Below are positions 14,901 to 29,900 of a DNA stretch of 64,000 bases, piece by piece. The stretch is from Balanoglossus misakiensis (Eukaryota; Animalia; Hemichordata). The stretch is taken from NCBI GenBank assembly GCA_040954595.2, contig CM082593.2, positions 2,019,830 to 2,083,829 on the forward strand. The letters run 5' to 3'. How positions within the stretch are numbered: the first letter of the stretch is position 1; each line of letters starts with the position of its first letter. A program made the position numbers and the translations under genes. The notes beneath the pieces were generated by a model. The model did not search any database, was not told the DNA's origin, and saw only the letters and a list, made by a program, of their open reading frames with translations.

Positions 14901-17900
14901 GATCGCCATACGCAAACGACACTGACCTTTTGAAAGAATTCCTCGCCTGTTTGACCTTTGCCCTCAGCTGCAGCTGTTGAAAAAAATAAGAGAAGAAAGA
15001 TTTGTTTAGTTGTTTGATTGATTTTGTAGTTGTTGTTTTTTTGGAAGGGGAGAGGCCTACAGTCTGAAGTGGTCTTGCAATCAATTGTAACTGTAGTGGT
15101 CCCCAGTAATTTGTACGTGGCAACCACAGTATGGTTATAAATACTTATTGGTGTTTATAGATTGGCCAAAAAAACTGAAGCACCCTCTAGTGTTTTCAGA
15201 GGGTTATCACAACCATTGACAATGAAATAAAATCCTTAAATCACCAGTAATAACACTCCCTATTAGCTAATAAATGACACAGTGAACAATACAATGTCTG
15301 TGCTAAGAATAGTAAGATTACCTTACTTTCTAAGAGATATTACGCAAAAGTATGCCAGTAAAACCTTGTGTGTGTATGTGTTGGAGGTTAAACATCTGTC
15401 AAACGCTTGTTTCTGATTGATTGAAAGCCTACTCAATTATGAGATTAGTGTTGAATTAACCAATGAAGTGAAGCCTTCTTAAAAACCCTAAGGAAGGGAC
15501 ACGACACACTGGCTATTGTCACAATTAGAACAACAGTACATGCAACAGAATAACCATCCCTCAGTGCTACATTTGTCGCACCCCTTCGGGTAAAATGGCA
15601 TGATCCACATCACCATGGTAACCTCGATCAACAAGTCTCGGAAGCATTGTGGAATGAGGACACTGCCATGGTAACCAGTAATCACCCATGATTTTCTCCG
15701 GTATCCACAGCGACCACGACGATACTGATGAAATGAAGTATTTAAAAAAGAGCAATGTCGGAGTCTGATCCGGTGTGCTAAGGGAAAATCAATCTATATA
15801 AGTCATGTGCGCGGAATAAGAAATGCTTTAAAAAGCTCTATTTCACCTGTCGCGCAGACTGGCGCTGTAGATGTGATCAGAATACTTCGATTTTATTGTT
15901 ACCTTGCATGGACTCATTAGATTAATGGTGTTGGGGGGCCCTTGATGGCTGGGCAGACAATTCACTTTTCCCCCTCCATACCAGCACCGAACGTGTACAT
16001 AATTCACCAGAACAAACAACAGTTCAGGAAATTAATTGTAAAAACTATGATTATTTTTTTCTCAGTGGTGTTTAAGTAGGACACTTGAATGTAGAATTAT
16101 GAGCAAAGTCAAGGCCACTCTTTTGTGTCAGTTCTCTGATTTATAAAAATATATGACGCGTCTGATAATTTACATTGCACTTTTAATGTTTGTCGTATTC
16201 ACGTTATCGCCAGTTCATATAACAGTCCATATCACAATACACCATTCATTGCTTTCTCTTGGTGTACATCCCATGATGTAAACAACCTGTGAAACCAAGA
16301 CTATGCCAATGTAATATTCTCTGCCTTCACAATCAAGAAAACCTAGAAATTCACGTACAAATTGAGGCCTTCAATCCAGCTATCGATTGATGAAGGAAAT
16401 CAATATGTTATGAGTACACATACATTCTGCAACTTATAAGTAGTCCATTACTCTGAAAAAAGAGATGTTCTGATTTTTTTTCAAATGACTAAATGCAATC
16501 ACTAAAAATAACTGGAGGCATGGCACAATGGCAGCCTGTTGAATATCACCTCGAACGTTCTGTGAAAAAACAGACATTATGAAGCCACCTGACTTCAATA
16601 AAACATGCACTAATTCAGATATACACAACCTCTAAAATTCTTTACAACCTTTCAATCCAGTGTAAAATGCTGTGTTAACTTTAAGAGTCATTCTGTCAAT
16701 TAAATGTCGGGAGTGCGGTACCATGAAACGTACCATTTTTGTGACATGATTCTGTTTGGAATGGGTTTGTTTTTAATTGTCTAACGGAAGAGTGAGGAAA
16801 GGCTTGCCAACACAAGAGGGGACAGGACAGTCACATAAAAAATTTCAAAAGGGGAGGGTGTTCACCTTTAACTTTAAACAAAGGCTGAATCTATGACTCA
16901 AGACCGAGGTCGTCAGTGACGATGGGCGCGACCTCGGCTGAACTCTTGATGTGGCCTTCCGTCAGGGGAATAATTCACCGCATAACAAGCGTGAAATAAT
17001 TTATGCCCCCAACAGAAGCCAGTGGAAATATTATCCTCCTACCAACCTATCCAAGGGGAACTGTCGGAGATCCGGAATCCTGATTGAGGAAACGAGACAC
17101 TGTCCTCTAGATGTGGCCAATGAAACACAATATTTTTCTATCAGCGGAAAAACAACCGCGAACATCTGGAGAACAAAACCCCAGCAAAGAAGAAAATGTC
17201 CCTGAAGCCATTATCGCTGACCTTTCTGTTTCTACTGGTGGAACTGCTTGTAAAACATCATTACACTATGTCCATCACTCACTTGTCCTGAATCAAAGTT
17301 CATGGATAATTACAATGTGTTGATGTAAAACTTGCAGAATAATTTTGTTCAAAAACCTTCAAATGTACAGAAATTTAAGAGTAAAAATCCGAAAACGTCT
17401 GAAACCAAAAACAAATACCAGAAGTGGTACTGACAGATATCCCTATTTATCAGAGACACAACTGTCACAGCTACTGGTGATAGAAATTCCTGTTTCCGGC
17501 TGCAACCTACAAAATATATCGGCTGTTGCGATTTGCCTAGTAACGGTCGCATAAATTCGCCCTCCAAGTGGAATTATCAGTATTACATCACACTAAGTTT
17601 TTATATCACGATAAAAAATCTTTCAAGGTTATTCACTGATGAAAACACAGTAACCGTATCAAGTAGTATTCATGATTACTCACTATGTAAACACTCTCCC
17701 AGTCTTAATATCATATATTTATGATATTGAGACCTTGCCCGCAAAATTTGGCCTGATATATAATTCAAGATGTCGAATATTGATTCAAAGTCTACTGAGG
17801 CATTTGAAAATAATTGTAGTGACAGGTTTTACATTTTAACTTCTCTGTACCACATGAATCATGACATATTTGAAGACAAACATACTAAAACTTTAATATC

Positions 17901-20900
17901 TAAATGTTGGACTATGGATAAGATTATACACCTTAATAATAGTTATGTATGTGTAGAAATCTATAAATCTTTTTTAAAACTATACCGTTTGTAAGAGGTT
18001 CAGCCTTTCTATTAAAGCGGAAATCTACTTTTTAACGAAGTTTGCTATCAAATGTTGCAATTTTAATATCAATCACTACACTTACATACAAGAAGACCTT
18101 GCACACTTAGCCGAGGTAAAACATAGTGGTTAAAGTACACTGGAGACGAAGGCATTTGATATCAATGCATTCTCCTCGTCAATATTGACACTAGAAATAC
18201 CCACAATTATGTCAGAACTACTTGGATAACCAGCCACTGGATTTTATTTACAAAGCAAGCAGTTCGCCAGCATCTGGTCTACTTTTGGTCACTGCTTTCC
18301 GCCACAAAACAACGTCAGAGTAAATCTGATGTATGTTCGTCAGTGTTCTGATTACTGAAACCAATGAAAAAGTCTCACAACCTCTACAGACATTACAAAG
18401 GGGTATCTGTTTTTGTAAGGCTTTAAATTTTGCTAAAAATTATAGCAACATTATTGCGGCCATTTCTATCGGCTACAGAGCTCAAGTGGGAGCTTTTCTG
18501 TAGACAGGATTTGATAATTCAGATAACAGCTGTTGGTGATTAATTGCGTTCTCAGAAGAAATGATATATTTGTTTTAATTTATTTCAATCCTTTAATGCG
18601 TTTTAATGTATCGAGAAAAGTCTGAACCATTTGGAGAGGCAAGGCACAATTGACTCTGTATTAACCATGCCAAGATTTGTCCAACTTTTTGTTACATGAG
18701 ATTCCCAGAAAATGCTGGGTAGCTGCATGTATAGATTAATGACACAGTTGCAAAAATCATCGTCTCCTGGAGAGGACATTCTTGTCGTTTGATTGATTTG
18801 CATAATTCCGTCACTGCAGATTACCACCAGCGAGAAAAGTTTCAAGAGTGTTTTACTATCACATATGATAAACCTAACACAAGGCCACTTCAGTAAGAAT
18901 TCTGACAAGGGTGGAAACTATTCCCCTGTTTAGGTTTCTGACGTGATAATGATGAAATGAAATAAAACAGAAACTGTGAACAAAATGAGATAAAATAAAA
19001 CACGAAATTTTATCTCATCCTCATGTTACTGACGGCTGATTATTTTCAAACCTCTTACACAAATTCCGGAAATTGCAAATACCCTCCCAGAGTCGTTTCA
19101 CACATGATAAGTTTTATTTTTATACTTTTCTTCAATCACACTTTCAGCCGAAAAATAAAACAAACAAGTTTTCTGACAACTAAGTCCAACCTCCATCCCG
19201 TATCTTTTTGGAATGTAATTTGGAATTGCTGACATTTCATTGCTGCCCACTGAACAGCATTCTTACTAATTTGATTTCCATTACGGGCTATTAGACTATG
19301 AATTGTCCACCTCATTGGAGTTAACAACCACATACTGCGTTCGGTAAGTGCTGATACTATTGTCACCATGGGGCCGGTCGTACATCAGGTCACGACCCCA
19401 CACAGAAATATAGAACACAACTGTGGCTCCCCTACCCACAGTTCTTTGCTCTGTGATTCCCAGACCCACAATTCATCTGTACAGTTAGGAACCAGGTGCC
19501 ACTTTTCTGCCCACTGTAATTATGTGCACACGTGCTGTGTGTAAATCTGGGACGTACGGAAATCAATCGGATAGATAAATCTGAACAGATTTATGTGGGA
19601 ATTAGCATGAACTGCTTAGTACAGGAAGTATGCTCTGAAAAACTTACTACACCATAATTGGTTCAAGCTGTGTTGTCTAAAAAATTTCTATAAAATTTGT
19701 GAAATGGCTCTCTTGTGTACACCGCAAGTGACCCATTTCCATAAATCTGTCAAAAAAAACACCCTTTCTGTCAGTGAAAGGATAATATCTGTTGGCAGTT
19801 TTCGTTGCTACCAATTGCCTCTTAAATAAACAGTACCTTTCACGTCGTCAAGGAACTTGACTATAGATGAAGATGTAGGTCATGTTCATAAGTTCGTGTT
19901 TTGTGATACCTGCGGTGTACAGAATGAAAACATACTTTGCGGATTCTAATCTCTGCTGGATTACACCACTCAAATAGTTTTTCATTTCACAATACTGGAG
20001 GGCAGCGTGTAACAGTTTTTGTACTTCTGTAACTGATGCAGCAGGGCACAGTGGGAAGAGCTTGTGACCTCAAACGTGTGGTCAACTACATTGCAAAGTC
20101 GTACACCTGCAATTCAAACACAAATCTGATAACTGCAAGCTAACTAAACACAACCACACTGTCAATAAAATAATCAATACTCTGCTCTCCATCTATTAAC
20201 ACGAAAACGTCAAGGCTGGTTCAAGGCTGACTTTAATAAGAAGGAACGAGTTCTCATCTGAGTGTGAGGACACTCTCAATAGAACACACAGGATTCTTAA
20301 TTCCCTTGACCTGCCATTTCTAATTTGATTACTTGGATAATCCGTCTCTGCTGTAGAACGTCAGATTCTCTTCTCTGCAAGTAAAGGTCGATATCCCGTC
20401 AAAATGTCTTGAGTCACGTGTGCCTACTTCCCCTGATGAGACAGTACGGTCAATGAAATACCCATGATGATGAGATTACATTGTGTAATTTCATCCTCTA
20501 TTTCTAAATTACTGTATCTTATCATTGTAGAACCTCAAAAGAAATATATATTAAAACCACACACTTTGTCCCTTTAATCAAACCAATGCACTGACATATT
20601 TTCTCAACAGCTTCTCCTTGTAGCTCAATATCAACAGAAGCAACGTGGTCTGCCAATTGCTTCTCCGTGATGTGGCAGATTGTTAGCAGACTATAAAATC
20701 CAGCGCAGCAGGGAATGTTTAGATATCCCGGCATTTGTGTCAAGTGAGTCAGGGAAAAACATTCTGGAGTAACACAATATGGGCACGGGTAGACACAGAC
20801 AATTTGACCTCAAACGCACTTCACTGGCCTGGAAAAAAATGCAAATTACTTCCACTAAATTACGAAAAACTGCTTGCCTATACAGTTGAAACAATTAGGA

Positions 20901-23900
20901 GTGCTGGATAGTATTGCAACACATCACTTAGCTTTATCAATTTTCTGATTAAATTGATGTGTTACGGAACCGATTGGTTTATCATGTGTACCATAGGGAT
21001 AATTAGCTTCCACTTGTCTGCCAAAATAAACTTATAAGCTCACACAGTTGTTTTAAGAATATCACTGGAAATTTATCCACACACACACACACCATTTTAT
21101 TAGCGTAAACATCCAAACTCCATGGAAACTGTCAATCACAAGCAAGATTGTTACATTACAGCTTCATCTTCACAGGTACATTCTCTACTCATCTGTAGCC
21201 ATGAAAAGACTTCAAGAAACATTATCTTCACTTCATCTTTACTATATTTTTCTGCTCAAAATTGACACCAGATAAATCTCTGACTGTAGCCTGTTTTCTT
21301 TCTTTTCTTGCGACATGTCTTGTGTGCATTTTGTTTGTTCAATATCGCCTTCATAAAGCTTATTACACTAGGAACCTTATCTCCGAGTTCTACCCTGATA
21401 ATTTCTGATTCTGGACAATTTGGACACTGGGGTTATTGTTATTGTTGGTTGCTGTTTATGTCCGCAACTTGTAACTATTTAGATCCAACTGTTTGAATAA
21501 ACAATCCTTTGATGATTTCAGGTGCCGACTACTCACAAATCTCCTAGCGTGGACGAGACGTCCCAGCCATGTAGGTCGTATTTGAGAGTCACCTGGTCAA
21601 AAATTGATTGCACGCTGTTGACCTTTGACCTGTATTACCCCAGTGATAACTTCATGAGCACACACACAGACATTAATGTGTCTAGTCGAATGACCCTATC
21701 CTGCTTTTGCACCCGAACAACAAATTGAACAGCAAAAACCATAATATAACTGACCAGTTTAATAAACAAGGTTCACAAGCTGTTTGTCCGCCAAGTGCAG
21801 ATTTTTGCCTTGTTTTTATCTTACATATATGTCATTTAAAGTGAAACAAGGTTGTCTGTGAAATAAATTCATGTGACTGACTTTGTCAACTAGGGAAGGT
21901 CATGATCAACTTGTGATCTGTGATTCTGTTGTTCAAAGTGTTTCGTTCCTTCACATTCTTTATAAACAATTCTCTTGGCCCTTGGCTGACCCCAGGGACC
22001 CCACTAAGGTATACATGTACTTATCTGAATCCCCACATCCATCTTTCTGCCCTGTGATACTGGACCAAATCCAACATCCCAAGCAGTGTTGTTTCTCAAC
22101 AATGTATCGCCTCATTTTTGTCAGTATTACACTCTACCATACTGCACCCATGGCCAACCACCCACCAAGAACCCACCACTAATAACCTGTACACTAATAC
22201 ACTTTTCCAATCCAAAATGATTGTGTACATACAGTGTGAACTTCACAACTGGGAATCATGAGTCCACTGTACTCAGAACATTCAACAGTACACTTTAATA
22301 ACATTATACGTTTGCCTGACAGCATTATTGTTGACACTAAAACACAGATTATAGCTAAATTGATTCAGTTGGTGTTTACACATTTTTTGTGACACACTCC
22401 TTGTGCCTTCTCAGTTTCGCACTCAGTGTTTATGCAATCAATTAACTCCTTTGCGATAGGCAGTTCTCTGTTTGTCCAATGTCTGCCATATGCTTATATA
22501 TCTTCTGGGCATGAGCTTCAATACCAAGCAGAAACCAGATAAATATTCCAGAGTCAGTATTTTTGTGCTCTGTCATTTTCCTGAAATAGAATAATTTCAA
22601 TCACGGGGTCTTTTCCCAGCCATATCATTTTCTAGAATAGTTATCACTGTCAGTTAATAAAGATAGAAGGGTTTACTCGCTGAACTTTGACCTCTGTCTC
22701 CCAGAAAGCAAACACAGGCATTATTTGTTGAACCCACACATAAAGCAACAGACAGACAGATGAATGGCCTGACAGACAGACAGACACAGACACACCCCAT
22801 ACTGATTTCAAAGTGTCACTATTCATGTCATGAAAGTATCCTTTCCTTGAGAACCATATCTTTATCTGTCTATAAAAATCCCATGAAGAAAATCATCCAT
22901 TTCTGCTTCTAAAATGCTTTTTGTTTTTACGTCTTCTCTCAGCTAAACTTGATCGGGATGCGAATAAAGTGCTTTGGTGGTTCCTTTGTCTTTTTATTGA
23001 CTTCAAATGGTCATGTTTAGTGGATAATTAATGACAGTTACAATGTACTGTGTGTCTGGCTACACTACTGATGACATTTTGTCATCAATGCAGGGATCGA
23101 CAGACACACAGACGACTCTCAAAACTAATGACCCTCGTGGAAACCTTTCAATTGTGAAAGGATTTAACATTTGAACTTTTTTTCACCCACGTTTCTATGG
23201 GAAGTAGAGCAACCCATCATCGAAAACAAACAGGATTGTTCCACTATTGATAAAATGGGGGTTAGAGCGGCAAAGGTTAAACCAATACCACAGAGGTACA
23301 GCACTTACGGCCACCTGCCCCTCTTCGTCAACCAGATGTGCCTGGAATATCCATTCCGGGAACAGCTTTCAGAGATGGGATCCATTCACTGATGCTGAAA
23401 TAATACATGGAATAGTTTTGCACCCTTAAGCTACTACATTCACTGTCCAAAAACTTTTGTGCCAAAATTGATGGTGTGTCGAATTTCTGACTGGCTTACG
23501 GGTAAACATGCAGTAAATGTGACTTCACTTTTTCAAGAGGTGTAACACTGCAAAATAGCTTTGTATGAGTAGCGAAAGAAATGCACAATAACTCAGGGGT
23601 AATAACACAACAAGAAGTCTTTCTGAAAACAGAAACAGGTTAACTTAGGCTACAGTTGTTCGTGGTAATCATTTTAAACCCTTATAGAGCCCAGACTAAC
23701 AGAGGGCTTATAATATAATTTACGATACCACCAAACTGGTATAATTTGTGATTTGTAAACAAATCCTTTACATTAGGCTTTTTTCATTAACTTTTCTCCT
23801 TTCAATTTTTACTGGCCAATTTTACAAAGGAGAGATATATCTTGTGGTATTGGTATGGCTGAACAGATTTATGACGGATTTTCTTTACAAAATTATGTTT

Positions 23901-26900
23901 GATGATTTATGAAACTGACATTTATCAGAAAAACAATTATAATGGATTACCTATTAAATTATGGTTCATTTTCCATGGTTACATAGAGCTGGTTCTATGA
24001 TTTCCCCTCCAAACAAACAACCTACCACCGCAAAGGTAAATGAAGCACAAAATCTATTTATGACAAATTTCATTCTTTTAAAAAATGACAAATTCCCTTT
24101 TTTCATACATCCGCTCTGAAAACTGAATTAGTGACGGATTTTATGTCACTGTGGTCTAAAATGAAGCAAAAACCTGAGAAAAAATAACGAGAATACATAA
24201 TATTTACAAATGTTGACAGGAAGTTGTGCAAAAAGGTCAGAGAAAGACTTCATGCTAGACCACCAACACTGACCATTATGGATTTACAAGTATTTGCATG
24301 CTATTTACGTTCATATGATATTTCTGAAAGGATTCAAATTTACGTTGTTAGAAAGAAATATATCCGCCAAAGACAAACTTATACGACAGAATTATTGTAA
24401 TGTTGGTGGTCTGACATAAGCTCTAACAAAACCTGGCAGTTTATTTCAGACAATTTCCTGTTGTTACAATACACACATACAGGAAGTCCATTCATATACA
24501 TCTACAACTTCACAAGGATATTATTTTTATACAGAGGTCATAATACATGTGCTTGCAAACGAAAATGAAAAACATTTTGTTTGGCTACTGTACTCTGTGC
24601 CCTGAGCAGTAAATGTGCTTTGAAAGTTTCTTTCAGTATACAGTAGAACTGTTTAAAATCGTCACCCCTACTGTGATTGGCTCAGCATCCAACCAGGGGC
24701 TTTTTGATTGGTTGAAAAATAGGAACACTGGCTGGAACACTGATTGGTTGATTAAACTTTCATCTTGATTGTTCATTGGCTCAGAGCAGTCAGCATGAAG
24801 CTGCCTGATGAAAAGGGTACCAATGGTGAATCATATTTGTTTTGGAGTACAACTGCAAACCCGGTCTGCCAATATAACTGTCCTTCTGAATATCAATAGA
24901 GAATGGACGGCCGCTAATCGCTTGTTTCATCACACAATACAACCCGGACTCAATCAACACTTGTAAACATAACTTAAAATTTCTTAGCAGTGGTAGTTTC
25001 TCCTTTCAAAACAACGATCATGAAGTCGGACAAAAACAGGATTTTCCATTGCCTACACACCCACGTCACCTACAAAGATACACCCACATCTTTCCGAAAA
25101 ATAATCCCATTAACAAACAATTTCACCTGGCCTGTTTCAACGGATCACTGACAATTGCCAATAGATTTGGAAGTCTGGAAAAAAATTCCTTAAGTGGTTT
25201 GGTGCTGCTACCTGACTGAGCAAACGCTGAGGTTTTTTTTTCGCTTGATTTGTAATTTGTGTGGCTTCTCCTCTCATTTTGGAATGGTAGGAAATCGGTT
25301 GTGGTATCTCTCACATTTCAAAATTCAATTCAAAGCAGTCTTGTTAGTTAAAAAGGCATATCCACTCTTTAAAAAGTGCATGTTTTTCAAGAGTGCTGAC
25401 TGACTGATGTGGCAAAAGCATTGCGATACAGTGCAACTCAAAGTTGTGACTCCAACCCGGGAGAGGCAACAACAGGTTGTCCGATACTGGAAGTGTATTC
25501 CGTAAATCCTCACCCAAGCATTCGCACTGAGTCAACTTCCTGTGAACAATGGCATAAATTACCCAACTAGTGCTCACAGCATTAAGGTCTATTCATTGTG
25601 ACATATCGGTTTTTTGTTTTTCCGCCCGACAAGCTCGTTCTTCTAAGAAGCTTTCACAGTTGCATGAATTCATTCCAAAACTGAAAAGGCAGATTATGGG
25701 TTTTGTTTGTTTTTCTTCGCTTTTTTTCTCTTTAGTTTGGAGGGTTTTTTTCTTTCAACACATGCTTGTGACTCCAGGAACCAAACTGAATTGGTCCTTT
25801 ACCACCAAAATCTAATCTTTGGAAAATGCATTTTTTGTCGGTAACTAAGAACTTTGCTTCCACAGGTTTCTCAACCAGACCCGACTTCTTTACTTCAGAT
25901 CGCTTGATCCAAAGTCACAAACATCACCCGTAGATATCTTGCTTTCCCTGTTCCAGTATTTGATATTGACTAAAAAAGCTCCAACACTGGAAAATGATGG
26001 TACTTGCATTAGATACATGTAGTGTGGACAAATGGAGATTTATGGGCAAAATGCATATCTGTAATTCCACGACAGTAAATCATCTGATAAATGGCTCTCT
26101 GTATAGCTTTTGAGATACTGCTAATGGAAAAACCAATAACATTGGAAGATTTATCTTGTCAGCTCTAAAATTGACTGTTTTCAGTGGAAAAAACTTGAGA
26201 GTTTTACACACTTCTATTGCATTCTTTGTGCAAACCCCAAGAACACACACAGTTCCAAAGTCTTCCGTAGATATCCAGCAGTGAGTGGTAAACTGGAAAC
26301 ATCCCAAAAGACGGAAATATATTTTGCTCGTTTCAGTCTCCTCAAGTCTTATCCACTCTTTCTCAACTCTAACCGCTTTCAAAATGACATTTTCCTTCGG
26401 TCGTTACGCATTTGGATTTTTCGCACGTGCAGGCACATCTCAGCTGCCTGACAAATTAGCTGCTTTGGCTGTACCCATTTTTCATTATTATCAAATTTTT
26501 GCCGAACAAGCACAATATTAGCTTTCATGGACTCCAAAAGCACCGGCTATCTATCACTGTCGCTGCATACATTTGGTCAAAGCGGTTCCACATTCCCCCT
26601 GGAGGGCAAAAACGGTAATCCAAAGACTTAAGGCTGAATGACTACAAACTGTTAAAAAACTTTAACGGCACAGAGGGGACCTGGGTCCCAGCCAGGAAAA
26701 CACCTTGATGTGAATAAACTGATGTCTACGTGGGCATATTTGGCGACCGAGGGTTGAATGAACCAATGGACTGAAAGGTCTGAATTACCTGAGAGAGAAA
26801 ATGCAATGAACTTTACTGACTGCTTGATTTATTGATCAAGCTATATGATTTGAATGATTGACTGATTGATCAATCGACTGACTGAATTGACTGATTGCCA

Positions 26901-29900
26901 GACTGACTGACTAACTGATTAATTGGAACACTTGCCAAAATTTGATTAAAAGTGGATTTCAATCTCAATTGTCTTCCCATTGCTCGACGATGCCGGAAAA
27001 AAATTATTGGGTTGTGACAATGCACCTACATTTGTTTCGTGCATGAAGGCAGCTCAATCACTGCGAGCCCTCCATGCCCTCAGGTGGAGGGACTAACATC
27101 ATTCCCAGGTCCCCAGAAACAGTCACAGCTTTTGGTTCCATGGAATTAAGATTTTTCTCAGATTCTGTGACATAACAATGACTCCAAGATGGGATTACAA
27201 GGAACAGAACAGTGTCATTCCGGTATTTTACTCATTGTATCCAAAATCCCATGAATGGCCGCGATCAACTTCTAACAAAGTTGGGCTTAAAAACTTCTTC
27301 GGGTGGACCACACCACAAGGTTACAAGAACTTCTAAATCTGGTCAGAGACAATCAGATGTAACAATAAGCAAGGGAGATAAAGATAGTATTGACAGTTCT
27401 GATTTGAAACTGTTCCAGAAAGTGTCATTTTCTGGTGTTTTGCTGATAGACACAATAGCTTGGGAGTGTGATACACAGACCACAAGCTATGTTTGTTGAG
27501 GGTATGTTTGCCGGCGCAATCAAGCTTTAAGCTTTTCTGGAAGGTCACAAATATTGTTTTTGACCAAGTATAGCGCGAAAAGTTACCAAAGCTTTCCCCC
27601 GGAGGGTCTTTCGTTGATATTCGGTTGTTTAACAAGATGTGAGAAAGGAGTGTGCCATCCTTCATACAAAAATAAAACAATTGCTACACTCAATTGCAAG
27701 AAGGTGTCTGGTTGGATTTTATCTTAAACTGTATTCTGTTGGCTTCGTCTCAGATGTCAGATGCCAACCATTTGAACACACCTGAATTGGGGGGGGGGGG
27801 GGGCATGCAGAGGATGGAGAGGAAAGGAAGGGGAGAGGGAGAGAGATGGGGGGGGGGGAAGGATGAGTGAACATTCTTAAAATGGAAAAAAATCCAAGCA
27901 GATCCATTCATTTTAAGGACACGATCAAGCATACACAGTAAAGCACTCTGGACTCTCTGATTCAAATAGATGTGTTTTTAGCATACACAAACATGCGCCT
28001 TGTTGTCACTGACAAGAATTTATGACTTGTCAAACCCTCCCCAAAAGAAACAGTTAGGAAAACAACACAACACATTATAGCACTGTGAAAATACAGGCAG
28101 CCTCCATTTGTTTATAGTTCGGCTATGTTACCATGGCAACCACTGGTGCCATTACTCAGTGAGGAGGAAGTAGGGCGGCCATTTTGTGCATAACTGGCAT
28201 ACTTTAAGATATCTGACAACAAAGACGGGGGAGTGAGTGGAAATGTGTCAGAATGTGGTAGCTTTTGAGATTTGACACTGCAGTAGCACGCCACAGTAAC
28301 ATGAAAATGCAGAAAAACACAGGACAAATTTGAAAATGCAAGAAATTATGAATGAAAAACAGAAAGACACCAACTGTAAACTGAAAATGTTCAGTATGGA
28401 TTTTTGAACACCTGTTTTGTACTGACTGTTACACAACTCAGGATAATTACTGGTTTGCACAAAGGCGGGATGATTTTTCACCTTGATTCCAAAGAATGCT
28501 TTTTTGTGAAATTCTTTCATGTCGGGCAAATGAGCGATTCTTTGTTTGAGCGTTGGCAGCTGGTTTCAAATTGGAGTCTAGAAAGGCACATTACGTGTAC
28601 ACAAAGAGAATTTAAGTGAGTTTTTCATACATCTGATCAACTCCAAAACAGCTCTGCTTCTGCATATTTGTGCTGTTGCTTTCATGAAAAGCTAGAATCT
28701 CCTTCAAGTTTACTTCAATATATCCTGAGCAACCTCTCAGTTATGAGCTTATAAAAATATATATGCATATCACATTTGCTCTTCAAACAGCAGTCCAATG
28801 ATGACTCCATGTTTTCGGTCATTGCTCAGTTCAGTCAAAATGTTCAAATATATATTGCACACCAAGCCAATTTTTGAGCATCTATACATTCAGTTTTTTT
28901 TATAAAATTGTATGTGCAGTCTTTCGTAATCACATTTCATTTCTAAAAGACATCGCACAAATCTCTTTCCTACAAAAGGGCACAGTAATTGAAACATGTA
29001 AAAATAACGTACATGTTGCCATGGCTACGTGATTAGCATGGGAAGGTATCATAGCTTCTGATGGTTTGGAAATTTGTCATGGCAACAGACAATTTATCGA
29101 ATTTTAAGTATTCTCTGACTCATTTTTAATTGCAGCATATATCTCATCGTTACTGATAGACTGGATGAGTGTGTTTACATATGAGTCTATGTCATAATGC
29201 TTCTTCAATCTCTGTCTGTCTGTCTGAAATTCCAATATTTCAATACATGAATCAAAAAGTGTGGCACAGTGTTGATAATATTGAATAATTATTACATGTC
29301 TGGAAGTGGATTCTAGCTACTCACTTCAAAGAGAGAAACAGTTAAAGTGTCTACAATGTTGGAATAGAATTCAACAACCATAGTATTCTCTTTCCTGGTT
29401 AATCGGTGATTAAAGTTTTAATTTCCATGTTTCAATCACCAATGTCCTGTTTGGTTTTACTATAACTCGCAACTTATAAATAGTTTGAACAGACATGTCT
29501 GTGGGGCTTACTCTTATAACACTCTGTCATGAGTGTTCTTGAATGAAGACAGGTTTAACCAGCAAACCCCACCTCACAGATCATTGGTTAATCATCCTGT
29601 AAGTTGATATATCTTGTATTGTGTGGAACTCCCCTACCTCAAAAGTTAAAAGCAAGCACTTCACCAATAAATCACACAGACTTTCAACTCTTTCATTCAA
29701 CAAAGTCCCGAAAAGCCTTGGCATGCATATTTCCTGCTTGAATAAGAAGAAAAAAGTAGGGCACACTTTATTGATGTGTGTGTATGCGGCATTGTACAAA
29801 CATACCATTGTTGGTTGCCTCAGATAATAAGTGTATTCTCAGAGGAATGGGAGGGGGGACTCTCTCTCTACAGACTGTGTTGACCGAGTCATTGTCTATG

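Noticed and set aside
15488-15755. Possible alternative first coding exon of BICC1 (MGDYWLPWQ...)
   Set aside because: No phase-1 donor in that frame to join exon 2; retained only as X-box-containing sequence.
25123-25314. Minus-strand ORF ending at CCAG|gtgaaa as an alternative BICC1 exon
   Set aside because: The donor is phase 2 in the open frame, and the phase-1 frame has a stop codon.
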